Shown one piece after another: positions 1 to 9,247 of a DNA stretch of 64,000 nucleotides. A program made the translations under genes and the position numbers. Under the pieces are notes generated by a model. That model was not told the origin of the DNA, made no database searches, and saw only the letters and a list, made by a program, of their open reading frames with translations. The stretch's first letter is position 1, and every line of letters starts with the position of its first letter. Location: the IMG/VR virus record IMGVR_UViG_3300032247_001667. The stretch is one strand, 5' to 3'. The stretch is from an uncultured virus (IMG/VR IMGVR_UViG_3300032247_001667). Its lineage: Duplodnaviria > Heunggongvirae > Uroviricota > Caudoviricetes.

Positions 1-2
1 CT

Positions 3-146
3 CAAAAGATGAAAGACCTTAATCAAAACCAAGAACAACAACAGCAAAGTCAAAAAGTTCAACAAGCTATACAGCAACAGCAAAATGAAAAAAATGTTCC
101 AGCAGTAAATTCAAATCCAAACCCTAAAGAAGCAACTCCTATTTAA
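3..146 (+). CDS. 3' end of a Gln-rich protein (partial, begins before the window)
   Basis: Open frame QKMKDLNQNQEQQQQSQKVQQAIQQQQNEK...EATPI ending at TAA 144-146. Confidence 0.6.
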   Translation, partial: QKMKDLNQNQEQQQQSQKVQQAIQQQQNEKNVPAVNSNPNPKEATPI

Positions 147-150
147 TATG

Positions 151-156
151 GTGTAA
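151..156 (+). promoter_or_regulatory. GTGTAA element (putative phage late promoter), 8 nt before ATG 165
   Basis: The same hexamer recurs in intergenic position before many genes at fixed spacing. Confidence 0.7.
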
Positions 157-164
157 GCCCATAT

Positions 165-431
165 ATGGTAATTAAAATTAAGAACTGGTGGAAAGATTTA
201 AAATCTTATGATAGGTTCTTTTTTATATCATTTGTCCCAGCGATGCTTTTCACGCTTTGGGGACTAAGTGACCTTTATATTAATTACTTTGATTTATTAA
301 GTAGAGAAGATCACCTTCAATTCTTTCTTAGAATATTCTTCCCAGTATCATTAGCTACCTTCATAACAGTATTAGAACGCAATAAGAGACAAAAGCTAAT
401 AAAAGATATAAAAAACTATTTAAAACAGTAG
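165..431 (+). CDS. Small membrane protein with two hydrophobic segments (holin-like topology)
   Basis: FFFISFVPAMLFTLWGL and FFLRIFFPVSLATFITVL, followed by a basic C-terminus. Confidence 0.6.
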   Translation: MVIKIKNWWKDLKSYDRFFFISFVPAMLFTLWGLSDLYINYFDLLSREDHLQFFLRIFFPVSLATFITVLERNKRQKLIKDIKNYLKQ

Positions 432-436
432 TGTAA
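431..436 (+). promoter_or_regulatory. GTGTAA element overlapping the upstream TAG stop, 8 nt before ATG 445
   Basis: TAGTGTAATATAGTTTATG. Confidence 0.7.
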
Positions 437-444
437 TATAGTTT

Positions 445-1167
445 ATGTTTATAGTTAAAAGAGATTTTGATCCTAATTTTAATCCATATAGTGATCCATA
501 TGCTGCAAGTGTAGTTTTTAATAATACATTTAACTCAAGTGTAAATGCTCAAAATACTAGTTGGTATCAAGGTCCAAATCAAGAAATTACAACTGCTCCA
601 GCTGGATGCCCGAAACCTAATTGCTTACACTTATCTCAAGGATATGCTGATACTTCAGCCTTATATTCAGAGCAAGGATTTGGTGAGTTAGGGATGCTTG
701 ATTTAACTCAAAGTTATACAATAGAATATTGGTTTTATGTTACAGATATTAATACAGATTATGGAGAAAATGGTCGTTTTCTATTTTTAAGAGCAGACGG
801 AGGAGATCCAATATATGCTGCTTTTGGTGGAGACAGAAGCATTACCTTGGGATGGAATTCTGACGGTTATAATTTTTATACTTCAAGTCCATCTTTATTC
901 AATTTAAATTCATGGAATCATGTAGCAATTGTAGTAGATCAATCATTAACAAAAAGTATAAATTATATAAATGGAGTCAACATCCTACAAGTAACCGAGA
1001 CTATAAGCAATTTTAATGGTGACCCAGCGCATTGGGAATGGGGTGTTGGACATGATTTTGATAATGGATATGATGTTTATATCTCAAATATGAGATGGAC
1101 TCAAGCTGTTAGATATACTACTAATTTTACTCCAACATTTGTTAACTTTTATAATTCAGCAAATTAA
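445..1167 (+). CDS. LamG/concanavalin A-like domain protein (likely virion-associated)
   Basis: YTIEYWFY, NSWNHVAIV, YINGV and YISNMRWTQAVRYTTNFTP are typical of phage LamG-like domains. Confidence 0.75.
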   Translation: MFIVKRDFDPNFNPYSDPYAASVVFNNTFNSSVNAQNTSWYQGPNQEITTAPAGCPKPNCLHLSQGYADTSALYSEQGFGELGMLDLTQSYTIEYWFYVTDINTDYGENGRFLFLRADGGDPIYAAFGGDRSITLGWNSDGYNFYTSSPSLFNLNSWNHVAIVVDQSLTKSINYINGVNILQVTETISNFNGDPAHWEWGVGHDFDNGYDVYISNMRWTQAVRYTTNFTPTFVNFYNSAN

Positions 1168-1171
1168 AAAT

Positions 1172-2164
1172 ATGAGCTTAATAATTAAAAAAAATACAAC
1201 CTTCAAAATTCCAAGAACAGGACCAATTCCATCAGATTTAACTGGATTGTCTGCTTGGTTTAAAGCAGATGCTGGAGTTAGCACATTATTTTTAAATCAA
1301 ATTACCCTTACTGGCGCTGAAGCAACTACATCAGATGGAATTTACACAAGAACAGATGGAGAAACAAATCCATTTTATGGACCCGATGGAAATTATATAG
1401 AATATGTTGAACGAGATGGAATATATGATTCATTTGTTGTATGGGATGAAACAGTTGGAGATTACACATACGGTATAACTATAAATCATAATACTCAACA
1501 AATAGTTTCAATTAATGAAAGAGATTATGGAGCAGTTCCATCATCATCAACTACAACAAGTAACGCAACAACAATAATTAATTCTTGGACAGATCAGAGC
1601 ATTAATGGAACGATAGTACGTCCAGATACTCTAATGTCACCAACATTAAGTTCTTCTTTTATAAATGGAAAACCAGCAATTCGATGCCAGAATAATCAAG
1701 GTCTCTCTACCAATAATTTTCTTGTTGAAGATGCTTGGACTTTTTTTTCTGTAGCAAAACGAAATACTGGAGATACTGGAAGAACATTTTCTGCTTATAA
1801 TATTAATATGTTAATTGGATCATGGAATGGTAATTCTGATAGATTTTATGGAAATGCTACAAATGGATGGCTTTATGAGGGTGAAAGTCAAAGTGAAGAT
1901 TGGATTATTACAACAGCATATTCTGATGTAAATTCAAGTAATTCATTTTTATTTAAACAGAATGGAACAACTTTAAATACTGGAAATTCATCTATCAGCA
2001 TTTCAATTGATGGCTTAAGTTTTGGTGGAGGAATCTGGAACGGTGGCAATGAAGAACCAGCAAATTGTTATTTTTCTGAATTCATTATATATGGAAGAGT
2101 TCTTAATTCTACAGAAATTCAACAAGTTGAAACTTATTTAAATCAAAAATATCAAATTTATTAA
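1172..2164 (+). CDS. LamG-like domain protein with an inserted module
   Basis: LSAWFKADAG...SWTDQS...INGKPAI...SEFIIYGRVLNSTEIQQVETYLNQKY; ATG 1172 preferred over the 1139 start. Confidence 0.7.
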   Translation: MSLIIKKNTTFKIPRTGPIPSDLTGLSAWFKADAGVSTLFLNQITLTGAEATTSDGIYTRTDGETNPFYGPDGNYIEYVERDGIYDSFVVWDETVGDYTYGITINHNTQQIVSINERDYGAVPSSSTTTSNATTIINSWTDQSINGTIVRPDTLMSPTLSSSFINGKPAIRCQNNQGLSTNNFLVEDAWTFFSVAKRNTGDTGRTFSAYNINMLIGSWNGNSDRFYGNATNGWLYEGESQSEDWIITTAYSDVNSSNSFLFKQNGTTLNTGNSSISISIDGLSFGGGIWNGGNEEPANCYFSEFIIYGRVLNSTEIQQVETYLNQKYQIY

Positions 2165-2167
2165 TTT

Positions 2168-2242
2168 TTACTTAACTCTTTCTACTAAATACCATATATA
2201 AACTAACACAGCAAAGCAAATTAAACTAGTAGAATATGTCAT
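2168..2242 (-). CDS. 24-aa single-helix membrane peptide (below the ORF-track cutoff)
   Basis: MTYSTSLICFAVLVYIWYLVERVK*; fills the intergenic gap and has a - strand GTGTAA at 2255-2260. Confidence 0.5.
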   Translation of the reverse strand: MTYSTSLICFAVLVYIWYLVERVK

Positions 2243-2254
2243 ATATATTAGACT

Positions 2255-2260
2255 TTACAC
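2255..2260 (-). promoter_or_regulatory. GTGTAA element upstream of the 24-aa peptide
   Basis: TTACAC on the + strand, 12 nt from ATG 2242. Confidence 0.5.
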
Positions 2261-2285
2261 TTTATATATGTAATATAAGACATAA

Positions 2286-2357
2286 GCCAGAATAGCACAG
2301 CGGTAGTGCAACGGTTTTGTAAACCGTAGGTCATCGGTTCGAATCCGATTTCTGGCT
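2286..2357 (+). tRNA. tRNA-Thr(UGU), CCA not encoded
   Basis: Acceptor GCCAGAA/TTCTGGC, D stem GCAC/GTGC, anticodon arm ACGGT-TTTGTAA-ACCGT, T arm ATCGG-TTCGAAT-CCGAT. Confidence 0.95.
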
Positions 2358-2385
2358 CATTTTGATGTTAATTATATAAAATTAA

Positions 2386-2391
2386 GTGTAA
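2386..2391 (+). promoter_or_regulatory. GTGTAA element, 8 nt before ATG 2400
   Basis: AAGTGTAATGGTATATATG. Confidence 0.7.
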
Positions 2392-2399
2392 TGGTATAT

Positions 2400-3137
2400 A
2401 TGCCTATACCTCAACCAAAAGATAACGAAAAACAAAATGATTACATGGGTCGTTGCATGCACAAAGTTAATAAAGATAATCCTAAAATGAAAAATAAGCA
2501 ACAAGTCGCAATTTGTTTAAATACCTATAATAATCCTAAAAAGAAAAGTAAGGCAAATGAAATGGAAATAGATTTTACCGAAGATATTAAAAATATGAAT
2601 AAACAACAAGAAACTTCAAAAGTTGAAGTACCAACAAATACAGCAGTAACTGCACCAGCTTCAGAAGCAAAAACAGAAGAGAACTCAGCTTCTTGTGGTA
2701 AACCAAATTGTGGATCAGTTCAACAAGTAGAAGAAGTTAAAACTGAAGTTAAAGCAGAAACAGATGGTAAGGGTGAACTAATTCAAACTTATATGCTTCA
2801 AATGCAAAAACAATATCAAATATTTCATTGGCAAACAATGTCATTTTCACAACATACAAGTTTTGGAAAAATTTATGAAATTCTAGATGAAAGCATAGAT
2901 ACATTTATTGAAACATATATGGGTAAATATGGCAGAGTAATTGCTGCTTCTAAATTTAATCTTGAAATGTCAAATTATTCAGATTTAAATTTCATCAACG
3001 CAACAGATTTATATATTAAATTTTTAATTGGATTGAATGATATGCTCGATGAAAGTCAAGATTCAGATTTACTAAATATTAGAGATGAGATACTTGGGAA
3101 TTTAAATAGATTAAAATATCTATTAACATTGGTATAA
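2400..3137 (+). CDS. Small N-terminal domain (MPIP...RCM...AICL), low-complexity linker and ferritin/Dps-like four-helix domain (DUF5856-like)
   Basis: IFHWQTMSFSQHTSFGKIYEILDESIDTFIETYMG...RDEILGNLNRLKYLL; start 2400 fits the GTGTAA-N8-ATG spacing. Confidence 0.7.
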   Translation: MPIPQPKDNEKQNDYMGRCMHKVNKDNPKMKNKQQVAICLNTYNNPKKKSKANEMEIDFTEDIKNMNKQQETSKVEVPTNTAVTAPASEAKTEENSASCGKPNCGSVQQVEEVKTEVKAETDGKGELIQTYMLQMQKQYQIFHWQTMSFSQHTSFGKIYEILDESIDTFIETYMGKYGRVIAASKFNLEMSNYSDLNFINATDLYIKFLIGLNDMLDESQDSDLLNIRDEILGNLNRLKYLLTLV

Positions 3138-3141
3138 ATTT

Positions 3142-3444
3142 ATGGCTTACAAACATAAAATCCTAGAACTTGATATTACCGAAACAGAAGCTTATCAAAG
3201 TACATATAAAGGCAAAACAAGAAGCGAATTAAAAGATAGCGACTTCTTGTTTCCAGAAAAGCGTTCATTCCCAATAGTATCTCCTCAAGATGTAAGAGAT
3301 GCTATTAATAATTATGGTCGTATGGGTGGTGGAATGAGTTATGATGCTTTTATCAAAAAATTATATAATAAAGCCAAAAGTAAAGGCCCAGCCTTTGTAG
3401 CTGCAATTCCTGAAAAAACAAGAAAAGAACATAATTTAAGTTAA
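3142..3444 (+). CDS. Conserved phage hypothetical protein (DUF6582-like)
   Basis: RSELKDSDFLFPEKRSFPI...VRDAI motif. Confidence 0.55.
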   Translation: MAYKHKILELDITETEAYQSTYKGKTRSELKDSDFLFPEKRSFPIVSPQDVRDAINNYGRMGGGMSYDAFIKKLYNKAKSKGPAFVAAIPEKTRKEHNLS

Positions 3445-3451
3445 ATTAAAC

Positions 3452-3480
3452 TTGACTTAAATATATTTTACATCTATAAT
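3452..3480 (+). promoter_or_regulatory. Sigma70-type promoter heading the glycan cluster
   Basis: TTGACT(3452-3457)-17 nt-TATAAT(3475-3480). Confidence 0.8.
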
Positions 3481-3492
3481 TTGATGTAAAAT

Positions 3493-4047
3493 ATGGATCA
3501 AATACAGACACCAGAAGGCTATTCAGTAGCTAATTCACCAGAAGCTCAAGAAAGATACAAAAGATCTTTAGAGTTGGCTAAACATGGTTTAAAGCCAATA
3601 TTAAATCCTCCTTTTGTAAATATGCCTCCTCAAAAAGTAGGAGAGGGCTATAGATCTAATATCATATTAGATAATAAACATATCAATAATATTACATTCA
3701 TTTCATTAGACCCCAATGCTGTAATAGAAAAACATTATCACAAAGAAAACTATCATTATATATTAGTAACCAGAGGTAAACTTTTATATTATGAAAAACC
3801 AGTATTAAGTAATCAAGGAGTTTATTTTGATCAAATAAAAGCTGGTAGTCTTTTATATGTCGGACCGATGCTAGAACATCAACTCACTTGTGATGAAAGA
3901 ACTGATTTTTACATGTTCAGTAATAAAGGATTAACTGATGAGTTAATTGACAGAGATGTATATCCAATATCTTATGATTTGAAAAATTTTCCCATCATAT
4001 CAAGACCGCAGATCAATTCGGAAGTAGAATTTATCAAAAGACATTAA
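3493..4047 (+). CDS. Cupin-domain protein (possible sugar isomerase/epimerase)
   Basis: EKHYHKENYHYILVTRG and GPMLEHQL cupin motifs. Confidence 0.65.
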   Translation: MDQIQTPEGYSVANSPEAQERYKRSLELAKHGLKPILNPPFVNMPPQKVGEGYRSNIILDNKHINNITFISLDPNAVIEKHYHKENYHYILVTRGKLLYYEKPVLSNQGVYFDQIKAGSLLYVGPMLEHQLTCDERTDFYMFSNKGLTDELIDRDVYPISYDLKNFPIISRPQINSEVEFIKRH

Positions 4048-4048
4048 A

Positions 4049-4954
4049 ATGAACTTAATTAATATAGGTGGTCATGGTCTTGGGGACTGTATTCTTTCTT
4101 TACAAATATCTTATCTATTAAAACAAAAATGTTTTAAGCACACTACTTTAATCTCGACCAGAGATGAAGTATATAAACCATTGTGGCATATATTCGCAAA
4201 TGAACTTGACCTACATCAAATAGATTCAAAATATGCCGACGATAATGCTCTACTTCATAATGAAAATTATATTAAAGAAATAGCGTCACAATATAATAGC
4301 AACAATATTACTTATAATGTTCCAGACTTACTTTTTAGAAATCCTCTTGCATTTAAATATAACGATTATGGACTTAATCCTCAACTAATTAAAAAGACAA
4401 GAATACTAAGCAATCATTTTAGCAGAAAAGAAAATATTATATATTGCGGATTACTAACCACAACCAAGGGCTATATGTATCAAAATATACCTTTGTTATT
4501 AAGATCATTAGCTGAACATCTTTCAAATTATACTATATATTTTCCTAAGATTAAAGCTTGGGATAAAGATTTAGATTATATTGGAAATTTCAATGTTAGC
4601 TTTCCAACAAATGTATGGATAGACGATAATCCTCAATTTGAAAAATCGTTAGATATATTAACGAAAAGCAAATATGGAATATTTACCTGTAATGGCCCAA
4701 GTCATATTGCTTATCAAATTGGTATGCCAAGGTTAATTCTTGATCCTCAATTTGGTAGAATCCCATGGATTTCTAGATGGAAAGAAGACTACGAAGAATG
4801 TATTGATATTAATACAGGCTATAATGATATTACAAGATTAGTGGTTAATAACATTAATAACCCAGAAACTTTACTAGTTGATAGAAAAATACTTTTAAAT
4901 TTGATAAAAAGCGGATATAATTCTTGGAAAGATATATTCTATTTAAAATATTGA
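4049..4954 (+). CDS. GT9-like (heptosyltransferase-type) glycosyltransferase
   Basis: GHGLGDCILSL at the N-terminus; TCNGPSHIAYQIGMP resembles GT9 DSGPxHxA. Confidence 0.65.
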   Translation: MNLINIGGHGLGDCILSLQISYLLKQKCFKHTTLISTRDEVYKPLWHIFANELDLHQIDSKYADDNALLHNENYIKEIASQYNSNNITYNVPDLLFRNPLAFKYNDYGLNPQLIKKTRILSNHFSRKENIIYCGLLTTTKGYMYQNIPLLLRSLAEHLSNYTIYFPKIKAWDKDLDYIGNFNVSFPTNVWIDDNPQFEKSLDILTKSKYGIFTCNGPSHIAYQIGMPRLILDPQFGRIPWISRWKEDYEECIDINTGYNDITRLVVNNINNPETLLVDRKILLNLIKSGYNSWKDIFYLKY

Positions 4955-4958
4955 TAAT

Positions 4959-5645
4959 ATGAAAAATCATTTAATTATTCCACATAAAAACAGATTAGAT
5001 AGTTTAATCAATCAAGTCAATTCTTTTATTAATTTTAAAAAAGAAAAAAATAATATTACAATTAATTATGTTGAACAAATTGAAACTAATAATTTACATA
5101 ATACTGGTATGACAATTAATGCTGGATATAAAATATTAGAACAATTTAACGAATGTAATCCAGATGATAATTTTTGGTTTATACCAGTAGATGTTATACT
5201 TTTAAATAATTTTCCATTTTTAGTACCAGAAAATACTTTTGTTTCAATTGCCCCAGTAGATCCAATAGATGGGCATGATCATTATAAAATTTTTGGCATT
5301 AAAATAAAAGATTTTAAAAAAGTTGATGGACTTAGTAATTTATTTTTTGGATGGGGATCAGAAGATGGAGAATTTAAAATGAGATGTCTATTTAATAATT
5401 TAGAAATGAAACATATTCAACATCATCAATCAATAGAAGATAATCTTTTTTCAGATAATTTATCAAAAGAAAAAATGGGAGAAAGAAATGCATCAAATAT
5501 GGGAAAGAATGTAGATATAGGTAATGATAATAGTCGTAAAGAATATAAAGGAGATGGCTTATCAACATTAAATATAGATCTCTATGATAGATTTGAGTTA
5601 ATTGAAAAAACTTCTATTTTTTATAATAAATTTAAAGTTAAATAA
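4959..5645 (+). CDS. GT7/galactosyltransferase-like protein
   Basis: IIPHKNR, PVDV and GLSNLFFGWGSEDGEF (GWGxED). Confidence 0.75.
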   Translation: MKNHLIIPHKNRLDSLINQVNSFINFKKEKNNITINYVEQIETNNLHNTGMTINAGYKILEQFNECNPDDNFWFIPVDVILLNNFPFLVPENTFVSIAPVDPIDGHDHYKIFGIKIKDFKKVDGLSNLFFGWGSEDGEFKMRCLFNNLEMKHIQHHQSIEDNLFSDNLSKEKMGERNASNMGKNVDIGNDNSRKEYKGDGLSTLNIDLYDRFELIEKTSIFYNKFKVK

Positions 5646-5652
5646 TAAAATT

Positions 5653-6603
5653 ATGAATAACACATTAATCATTGGTGGTTGTGGATATATTGGAAGTAGA
5701 CTATTCAACTATTTAAAATTTAAAAATTATAATGTAACATCTTTAGATTTGGAATTATTTGGGAATCCAAATATGCCAAATATAAAACAAAATTATAATA
5801 CTTTAACAAAAGAAGAACTATCTAAATTTGATAATATAATTCTTCTCGCTGGACACGCAAGCGTTCAAATGTGTGAATCAAATATGATAGGATCTTTTAG
5901 AAATAATGTGCAATATTTTGTTGAATTACTTCCTAAATTATCTAAAAATCAAAAATTTATTTATGCAAGTAGCTCTAGCGTTTATGGTAATGTAAATAGA
6001 AATATAGTTACAGAAGAGTGTGAAGAATATATTGCTGGAAGTTTTTATGATTTAGCTAAAGCAGAAATAGATTATTATGTAAAAATCTTCGATGAAATTA
6101 ATTATTATGGATTAAGATTTGGAACAGTAAATGGATTTTCACCTCATACAAGAAACGACATTATGATAAATGCGATGGTTTCATCAGCCATAACTAATAA
6201 AGAAATTAAAATATTTAATGCTATGATTAGAAGACCTATTCTTTATATCAATGATTTATGTAGAGCAGTAGAAACAATTATTTTAAAAGGAAATCATTCA
6301 AATAGAGGTTTATATAATTTGGCATCCTTTAATTCTACAGTAGATATTATTGGCAGAAAAACTTCAGAAATTTTTGATGATGTTAAATTATCAATTATTG
6401 ATTCAGAGCCTACTACAGAAGAAAATATAAATAAAAAATTAAACTCAAAAGTTTATGATTTCGCTATTTCATCAGATAAGTTTATATCTACATTTGACTT
6501 CAAGTTTGAAGGTACAATTAAAGATATCGCTTTAGAGGTTAAAGAAAATTTAAATAAAGCACTTGTTATAAGTAAAAGACGCGAAAAGGATATGATAGTA
6601 TGA
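5653..6603 (+). CDS. NAD-dependent epimerase/dehydratase/reductase (extended SDR)
   Basis: GGCGYIG, YASSSSVYG, YDLAK, LRFGTVNG. Confidence 0.85.
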   Translation: MNNTLIIGGCGYIGSRLFNYLKFKNYNVTSLDLELFGNPNMPNIKQNYNTLTKEELSKFDNIILLAGHASVQMCESNMIGSFRNNVQYFVELLPKLSKNQKFIYASSSSVYGNVNRNIVTEECEEYIAGSFYDLAKAEIDYYVKIFDEINYYGLRFGTVNGFSPHTRNDIMINAMVSSAITNKEIKIFNAMIRRPILYINDLCRAVETIILKGNHSNRGLYNLASFNSTVDIIGRKTSEIFDDVKLSIIDSEPTTEENINKKLNSKVYDFAISSDKFISTFDFKFEGTIKDIALEVKENLNKALVISKRREKDMIV

Positions 6604-7379
6604 AAATAGGAATTACTTGCATTGGTTATGAATCTAAAGATTTATTACATAAGTGCTTTGTGCCTTGGAATCAAATCAAAGCAGATAAAACTTTAATTCC
6701 AGAAGTAGAAAGCATAAGAATATGTTTTGCTCATGGATGCTTTGAAGAAACTCATAAACTAGGATTTCCTATTTACTCAACAGATAAAACTCATGAATTA
6801 GCTAAAGAGATGTATGATAAATCTCTTATAGATGATTTAATTATTTATGATACTCCACAAAAAGAATATGTAATGTGGACAAATAATCTTTTAAAATTAA
6901 AAAAGTCCGAAATAGATTTACTAATAATGGTAAATATTGATGAAATTTGGGAACTAGAAGAAATTAAAAAACTTATTAAGTATGTTAAGAATAATGAACT
7001 AGTTGATTACTTTAAAATTAATTTTAAAAACTATTGTATCGACTATAAAACTTGGGTTGATGATTTTATTGTTCCTAGAGCATGGTTCGTAAATAAGAAC
7101 AAAGGTTTAAAACGCTTCTATCAAGATGAATTGGTAGAATATGAGGATGGAACAAAAGATGTTAACAGATCTTATATGACTGTGCCAAAGCATTTAATAT
7201 TTCCTAAACATTACAGTTGGGTTGGAACAAATGATTATCTAAAAAGAAAACTAGAATTTCAAAGATTAAGATTTGGCATATGCTCATATTCATGGGACCA
7301 AGTAAATGATAAACTGCAATTAAATGATGAATTCTATAATAAGTTTGGTTTACCAAAACCGTCTTTAAATAAAGATTAA
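6600..7379 (+). CDS. GT-A/GT2-like glycosyltransferase
   Basis: VNIDEIW (DxD-like) and HYSWV; cluster context. Confidence 0.55.
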   Translation: MKIGITCIGYESKDLLHKCFVPWNQIKADKTLIPEVESIRICFAHGCFEETHKLGFPIYSTDKTHELAKEMYDKSLIDDLIIYDTPQKEYVMWTNNLLKLKKSEIDLLIMVNIDEIWELEEIKKLIKYVKNNELVDYFKINFKNYCIDYKTWVDDFIVPRAWFVNKNKGLKRFYQDELVEYEDGTKDVNRSYMTVPKHLIFPKHYSWVGTNDYLKRKLEFQRLRFGICSYSWDQVNDKLQLNDEFYNKFGLPKPSLNKD

Positions 7380-7381
7380 AT

Positions 7382-8617
7382 ATGAAATACCTAACCAACA
7401 TCTCAGAATGCAGACTATGTAAAAGTTCAAGGATTAAAACAATTCTACCATTTGGAGAAGTTGCTCTTGCCAACTCTTATCCTACAACACAAGATGAAAG
7501 TGAAGACCTATTCAATCTTACATTAGTTAAGTGCGATGATTGTGGGCATGTTCAATTAAAAGAAACTATAAATCCAGATAGATTGTTTTTAAATTATTTA
7601 TATTCTAGTTCAGATTCACCATCATTACTTAAACATTTTGCAGAATATGCTCAAGATATCAAAAATAGATTTGATTATAATACTGCCACTACGATTATAG
7701 ATATTGGATCAAATGATGGAATTCTTCTTAAGGAATTTGAAAATATTAATTTTGGAAAGCTAATCGGTATTGATCCTGCCAAAAATATTTCTGAAAGAGC
7801 AAGGTCTATTAAAGATGCGACAATCATTGTCGATTTTTTTAATATAGAAAGTTCTCAAAAAATCAAAGATCAATTTGGACCAATTAATATTATCTGCGCA
7901 AATAATGTATTTGCTCATGTTGATAAAGTAGACAGTATGATTGAAGGCATAGTCAATATAATGAACGATGAAAGTGTATTTGTTTTTGAAAATGCATATC
8001 TTTTAGATACAATCAAAGGTTTGTACTTTGATCAAGCCTACCATGAACATCTTCAATATTATGGTATTATTCCATTGGTTAATTACTTAAACAAATATGG
8101 TTTAGAAATATTTGATATCAAAAGAGTCAATACTCAAGGTGGATCATTTAGAATTTTCACTAAAAAAATTTCTAACAATAAACATAAAGTAACAGAAAAT
8201 GTTCAAGCTTTTATAGATAAAGAAAATGAATTTAATCTATATGCAGATGAAACTTATATTGATTTCGTTAATAAATTAAATACATTAAAAACCGATCTAC
8301 AAGCTTTAGTTAAAACTGCCATAGCAGAAAATAAAACAATATCTTGTTATGGTTGTCCAGCTAAATTTGCTTTATTTAGTAAATTTTTTGAATTAAATAG
8401 CAGTATTATTAAATATGTTGTAGATGATTCTCCATTAAAACAAGGAAGATTTTCTCCAGGAAAAAAGATTCCAATCGTAAGCAGAAATTATTTTTACGAT
8501 AACCCAACTGATTATTGTATAATTTCTGTTTGGAATATGGCAGATGCTATTATCAATAATAATAAAGACTACAATGGCAAGTTTGTTATTCCAATGCCAA
8601 AACTAAAAGTTATATAA
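7382..8617 (+). CDS. NDP-hexose C-methyltransferase (Zn-binding)
   Basis: CRLC...CDDCGHVQL, DIGSNDG, NNVFAH, YHEHLQY, GGSFR, YGCPAK, VDDSPLKQGRFSPG. Confidence 0.9.
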   Translation: MKYLTNISECRLCKSSRIKTILPFGEVALANSYPTTQDESEDLFNLTLVKCDDCGHVQLKETINPDRLFLNYLYSSSDSPSLLKHFAEYAQDIKNRFDYNTATTIIDIGSNDGILLKEFENINFGKLIGIDPAKNISERARSIKDATIIVDFFNIESSQKIKDQFGPINIICANNVFAHVDKVDSMIEGIVNIMNDESVFVFENAYLLDTIKGLYFDQAYHEHLQYYGIIPLVNYLNKYGLEIFDIKRVNTQGGSFRIFTKKISNNKHKVTENVQAFIDKENEFNLYADETYIDFVNKLNTLKTDLQALVKTAIAENKTISCYGCPAKFALFSKFFELNSSIIKYVVDDSPLKQGRFSPGKKIPIVSRNYFYDNPTDYCIISVWNMADAIINNNKDYNGKFVIPMPKLKVI

Positions 8618-8623
8618 GTTTAT

Positions 8624-8652
8624 TTGACATAGTAATATTTGTAGTATATAAT
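8624..8652 (+). promoter_or_regulatory. Consensus sigma70 promoter
   Basis: TTGACA(8624-8629)-17 nt-TATAAT(8647-8652). Confidence 0.85.
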
Positions 8653-8672
8653 TGATCAAAGGAATATATAAT

Positions 8673-9236
8673 ATGAAATCATTAATTGAATTAAATTTAC
8701 CTCATGGACCAGAACAGCTAGAGTTCTTCAGATCAGTAAGAGATTTAACTCCAGATAATGCTATAATTGTAGAAATTGGAAGTTATGTTGGAGCTATTGG
8801 AAATCAATTCATTGGTGGAAATAGAAAAGTTTTTTGTGTAGACCCATGGGAAGAGCAAGTTTACAGTAAAGATGATCCTCAATATTCTTTAATTGAAGAT
8901 GCAATTAATAATAGAGGTGGAATTAATAATATATACGAAACTTGGATGAAAAATGCAGGAGCAGATTTATTTGTTAATATATTTCCAATTAAAGGATATT
9001 CTCAAAATATTGCAAAGTTTTTTAATTTACCAATAGATCTATTATATCTAGATGGATGTCACAATTATGAATCAGTAAAAAGAGATATAGAGCTTTGGGC
9101 ACCAAAAGTTAAAAATGGTGGAATTATAATGGGTGATGATTATGGTGGTTTTTTTACTGGAGTAACTAAAGCAGTTGATGAATCTTTCCCAACGAGACAA
9201 ATATATCATGGAAATCAATTTTTCTATAGAAAGTAA
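8673..9236 (+). CDS. Class I SAM-dependent O-methyltransferase (Methyltransf_24-like)
   Basis: VEIGSYVG, CVDPW, YLDGCHNYESVKRD, GGIIMGDDY; the TTG at 8652 overlaps the -10 box, so ATG 8673 is preferred. Confidence 0.85.
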   Translation: MKSLIELNLPHGPEQLEFFRSVRDLTPDNAIIVEIGSYVGAIGNQFIGGNRKVFCVDPWEEQVYSKDDPQYSLIEDAINNRGGINNIYETWMKNAGADLFVNIFPIKGYSQNIAKFFNLPIDLLYLDGCHNYESVKRDIELWAPKVKNGGIIMGDDYGGFFTGVTKAVDESFPTRQIYHGNQFFYRK

Positions 9237-9247
9237 ATATTTATAAA

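Noticed and set aside
165..431. Definite holin call
   Set aside because: The topology fits, but no endolysin or spanin is adjacent in the window, so it is left as a membrane protein
539..1467. Intragenic GTGTAA/TTACAC copies (539, 625, 1342, 1462; also 50297)
   Set aside because: They lie inside coding sequence with no suitably placed gene start and are compatible with chance occurrence
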